From contig NOWV01000001.1 in the NCBI GenBank assembly GCA_003344405.1, forward strand, positions 1,054,001 to 1,118,000: a stretch of 64,000 nt of DNA, in the 5' to 3' direction. The translations under genes were made by a program, and so were the position numbers. Source of the stretch: Trichoplax sp. H2. Lineage: Eukaryota. This document shows, piece by piece, positions 57,132-64,000 of the stretch (the stretch's first letter is position 1; each line of letters begins with the position of its first letter). Under the pieces are notes generated by a model. The model did not search any database. It had not been told where the DNA came from and worked only from the letters and a program-made list of their open reading frames with translations.

Positions 57132-60100
57132 ATGACTACTAATCCATCGGACGATTCTGATGATAGCAACAGCTTAGCCAGCTTTGATTTGGAGGAACAT
57201 TTTGCTAATGTTACCAGTTGTCATGGAATGATTCATATTTTCGATCATAAAACTTCGTTTTTAAGGCGTTATGTTTGGGGAATCGCAACTTTTGCCGCTT
57301 TTACAGCTTGTATTATTGGTTGTATCAATTTGTTACATAATTTATTAAGCCATCCAACTAATATCTCTGTGAAAATTCATCATACCAATAAAATGTTATT
57401 TCCCGCAGTGACATTATGCAATTTTAATCAATTTTCAAGAACATTAATCTCGCATAAGGATATTCGGCATTTAGATACAGTCTTGAGTGCATATAATCAC
57501 GATCATACTATACCAAAGGAGGACTTAAAAGAAGCTGAAGATTATTTTAAATCTAAAATTCATGGCCACTTTGATTTTAGCCAATATAACCAAGAGCTTG
57601 GCTTACAAAAAGAAGATTTAATTTTATCTTGTACTTGGAATGGCGAAAAGTGTGGCTCTAAAAATTTTAGTCGAGTTTTTACATCTTATGGAAACTGCTA
57701 TACTTTTAACGGAGGTAAAATAAGTTTGGGATCAATATTTTCTCTACAATCTGCTTCACTTATATTGATGCATTATATATATATATATATCCTTAGATCA
57801 AGGCTGCATATTTTATTTTACTTAAATCATATTATTTTAAGTCTATTTTGGATAACATCGTAGGTTAACCTACCTGTTTCTTTCGGATTCATCTTAGGTT
57901 CGGCAAATCATCCTCTACTAAACCAGCATGGTCGAGGTGCCGCTCATGGTCTGAGTTTAATCCTTAATATTGAACAGTATAAATATACACCGGAGTTGAT
58001 GGTAGGTGCTCCTAATGTGGGTATACGCTGTTCAATTCATTACTACAAATCGTTACCACGAATGGAATCTCAAGGAATCGCTATACCTCCAGGTGCTCAT
58101 GCCTACGCGGCTATACCTGGAACAGAGGTAATTTATGATTAAGCGATTAGTCATGGGATTAAATAGTTTTTATATGCTAGTTACTCAACAATTTTAGCAA
58201 ATACACATGCCTGATGAGATTGATTATACTGTGGATTTACATTACAAAGACTATAACTAAAATCGATCAACAATACACACATGTATACCTCGTACTTTGG
58301 AAGATTTGTAGTTAAATTTAAATCTTTTAGTAAATTGCGTCCCGAAAGATGGTAGACCAAGTCATTCGATGTAGTTAGGCTAAAGGCTCCATAATGCAGT
58401 ATAATAGGTAACATTTTTATGTTAGAAATTTTGTACTATTTGATAAATTCAACTAATTGATGCAATAGAAAGTATTTAGGCCTTGGGTTTTCATAGTGTA
58501 ATAAAAATATAATCGAATAAAACACCAGTTGTCTATCAAGCGAAATATCGATCAAGACAAAAATAGCTGTCGCTCCTGCGGAATATTGATCTATCTATTG
58601 CTTGAAATTGCGGTTTAACGGTAGGAAACTATTACTATTATCGTTAGGTAACCAATTATCAAAAGAAGCCATGGGGTCAATGCGGTGAGAAAAAGCTCAA
58701 ATATTACAAATATTATTCCATGTCTGCCTGCCTGCACGAAGATGAAACTCTCTTTGCGGAAACAACTTGTCAATGCCGTGATCCTCGCTTACCGGGTATA
58801 GCAGTAGATTCTATGGAATTTTTGTTTTAAATATAACTAATTTGGAATGCTTCTAATTGTGTTATTTTTTACGATATTATCACATTGATCTATTTGTTAC
58901 AATTATATCTTCAGTATTAATTATTGCGATTTAAATACTACTAGGGAATGAAAAAGCTTGCACACCGATACAAATGTTAGAATGTCTCATTCCGGCCATG
59001 AGTAAGTATAACTTCAAATTTTGAAAGGAGATATTTTAATAGTGTCATACGGTAGTGTTCTATATTGGGATAATATCTGTATCCTAGGAGCAAAAAATAG
59101 ATATCTTTTTCCGTTACATTGTGTCTTCTATACTGCTGTATAAATACAAATTCTAACTGTACCGATAAAGTAACAAAAATTACTCAATTATAGTATGGAC
59201 AAAGTTCCATAATGTTGAGAAATTACTGCTAATGGACATGGTCCTTGGCTGTGATACGATTCATCATCCTTTCTTCCTAGTACTCTTCTCTCTCGAAACC
59301 ATGACATTTTTCGTACTTGTATATGCGTAGACAGTCATGTTGAATTTTCTCCATGTTGGCCCGATAATCATCTTTGAGTTTTAGTTGTGCACCTTTGGCA
59401 ATATTGTAACAGATTTAGCTAGATATCTAGAATTTTAATACTGTAATATTTTAGGCAGAGAATCGAGTTTTTTCTTTTACGACCCGACTCATACACGGGT
59501 TTACGGACCCTATATGATGGCTATTTCAAACTTATAGACATTACTATCTTAACGCGGAATACCTTTAGTTTAGTTTATCTGAGTCGACCGTTTTGAATCA
59601 AATTTATATTTTATATGCGCATTCGGAATATATATAGCAGCCATTCAAGGTATCAAATACTTCCTTTCTTTCAGAAACGCTTTAAAAGGACATTTTTTAA
59701 CATAAGTGTCTATGTTGTCTGGCAATTTTGTTCCTATAAAAATAATGAACTGTTTAAAAATATCTATTCTATAACTAAAGGTCGATATCGAGAACAAGAT
59801 CGTAATTTATCTAGCTGTCCCGAGGTTTGCGAACGCGTAGAATATGTCCCACAAGTTTCTTATGCTAAAATTCCAGCTAAAATTATGGCAGAAGAAATTG
59901 CATCAAAATATAACCTCCATCAGGTTCACAAGAAAGCCATAATTGAAGGTGGTATAGTAGATAATAGTACATCGGTAAAGCAATTTATCAGGTTAGCAGC
60001 AACTTCGTAATACCTACTGTTTAATGTTTATGTTCGTATGATTGTCCAAGCTACGCGTAATAAATATGTATAGATGATTGATTTCTACATTAATTTAATC

Positions 60101-60750
60101 TAATGTGGCTCTACATTTTTAGGGATAACTTAGTTTTCCTAGACATCTTTTTTAAAAATTTATATAACACAACAACCACTCAAGCAAGGGATGCAAGCTT
60201 CTCGCAATTTTTAAGTATTAATTCTATCGTCATCCTATCTTGATCATTTAGCTTAGCTAAAATTAAAAAATTCAATTTTTGTATCATGTAAAATCGAAAT
60301 TAATCAGGATAGAGGTTAACTTTGTGACGGGTACTTTTATATTGTAACTGTGCGCGTGTGCGATCTTAATTGGTACTATATTTGATTTATAGACCGAATT
60401 TTGCAGTTTGATTGATTTCTTACTTTCTAATAGGTAATGTTGGAGGTCAAATTGGTTTATTTATTGGCGGTAGCTTCCTAACTTTGCTTGAAATTGTAGA
60501 ATATATCTTTGACAAATTAGCTCAGCAACGAAGTCGATATCGACATAAAACTAGTCAGATTGAAAAAGCAGAGTGGAAGAAGATCTATGCATCTAGCATG
60601 ATTGTCCCGAAAACCAGCTACCATAATGGTAATGCGAATCATCCTCCACCATATGAACGTACATTAGTCCAAATGGATGAGTACGACTCAACAGAGGGCT
60701 TCCTCAATGGTCCCAAGTATGTTCATGTACACAAGCAATGCAAAGAGTAA
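57132..60750 (+). CDS. Degenerin/ENaC (ASIC-like) sodium channel, second paralog; about 7 coding exons
   Basis: FANVTSCHG, TM1, FPAVTLCNFN, YGNCYTFN, GLSLILNIEQ, KPWGQC, DNLVFLDIFF, TM2 SNVGGQIGLFIGGSFLTLLEIVEYIFD. Exons at approximately 57132-57714, 57898-58127, 58648-58795, 58946-59001, 59781-59991, 60123-60213 and 60434-60750. Confidence 0.92.
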
Positions 60751-61751
60751 TCGAAGAATGCCCTAACGACGTTCTGTACTAACGTCTACCTGCAAATCAG
60801 CCGGCTTGAGACAGTAACAAGCAAATCTGGGTTTTCTTGCTACTGTAAACTTCCTTTTCAAGACAGTACGATTTATAAGATATTCTAGCATAAACAGAAA
60901 TCAATTTTTCTATATGCTTGCTTAATGTACAGCATGTGTAGCCAATTTATTGCAGTGATTGTGCCAGATGTAGCGATATATGTCCAGGTAAACAGATGCA
61001 GGCATTTTGTAACGTAGAAATCATTATAATCCTATATATTATTTTAACTTAGAGCATCGATTAAAAAGCGTTAAACTATCATCGTTTTCAAAACTGAGAT
61101 CTATTTACACACAATGGATCAATTTAGGACCAAGCTATCACACTGCAATCATCATAAGATGTCAAATCGTTATTTATTATCAATGCTATCATTAGACTGC
61201 AGAAAGATAGCTACTTTCATGAGAACTAGTACAGTGGTCTTTCGATAGTTAAAAACTCAAGTGAACCAGCAGCATGTCGGAATTATTACTACGCAATCTT
61301 TCGATTACCAGTGTAGCTAATATTTTGAATACATTGTTATATACTTGCAACGATATTAAATTAACATTAACATATTTTTTGATACAATCAACACTATAAG
61401 TATTGCATACAGTATGATAATAAACCATATCACAAATAATTAATATTATAATTTACTGCTATAAAATCCTATAATCTCTTAATAAAGAGCTAGATCCTAC
61501 GAAAATAGCTGTTAACGAATAAATTTGTTACAATATGACTGTATATTATAGAAAGCTATGCTAGAATGACGTAAGCAATACGGTATACCGGAGGAAGGTG
61601 ATCATAAGCCAGTCACCAATCGGTATTCGGTATACATTTCGAATATGCTTGCGAAATACATAATTTGGGTCTTAGGTAATTAATAGATACAGGATATGAA
61701 TCAATTATTAGACTTTTCAATCTAGATATTACCAATGTTAGAGAATAACAT

Positions 61752-63541
61752 TTATTGGTTAACTTCTTCACAAGCGTCGATCCAGTCGCTGTATACATCC
61801 ACAGGATGTGATAGATCTACGTGAATAGTAAATGATGGAAATGATATTAGATGGGATGTACAGGTGCCATGATAACTAACTTTAACACAGATAGTAGTAC
61901 GCTAATATTATTTATTTGTACAGTAAAGGGCTAAAGATTTTGCACTGCATATACTGTATTATTGACTTCATTGCTTTTAAGTTAATCGAACTGTCATAAT
62001 CCAAGTCTGTCGTGTGTACTTAACGATTGTGCGTTATACTTATGGAGGTACAGTACACTAGTATACTTTATACTGTATAGTTCATCTAATTTCTGTAGAT
62101 TGAGAGTTGCATAAATAATACTACAAGAACCTACAGCATTAGATTGAAGATTAATATTATGTTTGTATAACTACTGGTTGATATTTCTTCTCTCACTGTT
62201 TTACAAAATCTTATATGAGGATATCTTATTTTGCAGACAGTATAAGACTGTAGCTAATTGATATTAGAACCTTACAGGTAATTTTGGTTTGAAAATCTTC
62301 ACCACAGACTCGACATTCTACCAGACCAATGTTTTTAGTATGATCACTAAAGAAATAAAAAGAAGCATCCATTTAACTATAACATTATCATCCTGTACTT
62401 GTATTCCTTTATTTGCAACTGAACATTTTGCCTAATACCACCAACAATTAATCCATACAATTCATTGACGTGATAAAAATGAAATACACATAATTTTATC
62501 GTACTGTACATATTTTTTAAATGACATAAAAGATTGGTTGACTAGTTTAGATCGCATACGACTTATAGAATCGGTTTGTCTAGTCATGTATTGAGAATCT
62601 AGTTCATATCTTTGCAGGCTTCAAGGGTATAAAAATACATTCGTGATATGACGTAGGATCGCAGTGTAACCAGAGTGATAAGCATGCCACCAATTTAATA
62701 TTATTCTACATCATCGCTTTTCTTGCGATCTTTTGAAATAAACAATAAAGGTTTCATCACTTATCCTAGCCAAATTACTCTATCAACTACCAAATATGAA
62801 ATGTTGCTAAAGGTTTAGAGTAGCTAAAATGGGTATAGTGGATATTGACTGCATTTATCACGGCATAGAGTAAGGGAATGTACGCGTTACCCAATCTGCA
62901 AGTTGATTTATAGTTTGATCTATGGATAATGTTTGCTATCCGGAAACAAACTACGATTTCCAAGTAGTTTAGCGCGTTCCATAAACCATGAAGAGATATA
63001 TACGCATGCAATGAAGCTACGCTAATACTGTAAAGATGAATTTGTGTTCATAGACTATAGTGAAGGACTTTGTGAGATTCTCCAAACAAAACAATTTCTC
63101 AGGTTTTGGGGGGAATTTCTAACTTTAGGTTGATAGATGTATACTGTGGATGAAGACTGATGATATTGCAAGATTCGTTCGATTTCTGGGCAATCGTAAT
63201 GAATCATTTTATCACTAATACTGGCTCAATATTAGAATAGGTCCTATAGAGTCAATAATAACTTGAAAATCATTGTCTATATCCATCATAAAAATTCATC
63301 TATGCTATCCAATCCATCAGCCATCATGATTCAAAACAACCGAGTTGATCATCCCATACAATACATGCGGTCTATCGATTTGAGTGACTTTCTCGATCAA
63401 CATGTTGAGTATAATTTCAACTTACAGCTTAACATCACAAGATTTTTCATGATTGCAGAAAGGGCAAGTAAACTGAGTCTCCAATCCTCCAACTAGTTTC
63501 TTCTTTGGTGGAGGTTTTCGCTTGGATTTCCTTCTTCCCAT
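61752..63541 (-). CDS. ELOF1: Transcription elongation factor 1 homolog (Elf1 zinc ribbon), 83 aa, 3 exons
   Basis: Exons 63541-63426, 62346-62276 and 61816-61752 splice in frame to [83 protein letters not shown]. Confidence 0.97.
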
Positions 63542-63727
63542 CTTATTCTTGGAGTGGTTAGCGCAGCGCGATTTCAACTATGGAAAGGCACGTAGATTGA
63601 TTGTCCAAAGGGCATCGACTTTCGTTATATACTATTTTCTAGGGAATAAAGCGGTTACTTGCGTAGTACTACTCTACCTGTTTGTAGGCATGGACAACTA
63701 GGATATTCTAGTAGTCTAAAGTCTCTC

Positions 63728-63906
63728 CAGTTTAAAATGTCACCCCAGTCCGGTTTGCACTCTGGCAGTGCAAACGACTTCGTATACGAAGTCGTCCGCT
63801 ACAATACAACGGATGGAAAATTGGGGTGACATTTTAAATTGTAATCCGGTTTGCACTCTGGCAGTTCAAACGACTTGTAGTGTACTGGTACAGTACATGT
63901 ACTGTA
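63728..63906. repeat. Inverted-repeat/palindrome cluster, possibly MITE-like
   Basis: 17-bp perfect inverted repeat at 63731-63747 / 63822-63838; 22-bp palindrome at 63774-63795; 32-bp direct repeat at 63749 / 63845; 18-bp palindrome at 63889-63906. Confidence 0.8.
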
Positions 63907-64000
63907 GACCTCCCGGATAAAAGTACTGTAATCATGTTGATATTATAGTAGGTTACTCAAATCTGTCCAGTAACTTGTCTGTCCGTATGCGTTTTTCCTG

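Noticed and set aside
62650-62760. C/D-box snoRNA in ELOF1 intron 1
   Set aside because: A box C (GTGATGA, minus strand) is present, but there is no box D at a suitable distance.
63550-63600. tRNA A-box-like GAGTGGTTAGCGC
   Set aside because: No B box or cloverleaf; it lies immediately upstream of the ELOF1 start codon.

Overview
AT-rich, intron-dense animal genomic DNA with short GT-AG introns. Gene content and compactness suggest the placozoan Trichoplax, but this is an inference and cannot be proven from the window. Ten spliced genes were reconstructed by hand: the 3' part of USP24 (+), SPEF2 (-), EIF2B2 (-), mitochondrial ProRS PARS2 (+), DCAF15 (-), two tandem kynureninase paralogs (+), two head-to-head Deg/ENaC (ASIC-like) channel genes, and ELOF1 (-, absent from the ORF track). 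Non-coding features are a modular tandem-repeat array in the EIF2B2/PARS2 divergent spacer, a 20-N gap flanked by what look like two haplotypes, an RFX X-box upstream of SPEF2, and a palindrome-dense element upstream of ELOF1. The main leads are three. (1) The kynureninase paralogs differ at the known substrate-specificity residues, and one carries a bacterial-like set. (2) One channel has an N-terminal tail built from tandemly duplicated symmetric exons, one of which has lost its AG acceptor, and its HG motif is changed to NG. (3) The other channel has lost both cysteines of one thumb disulfide and carries a C-terminal PPxY motif. All homology calls and residue numbers come from recalled family motifs; no searches were run.
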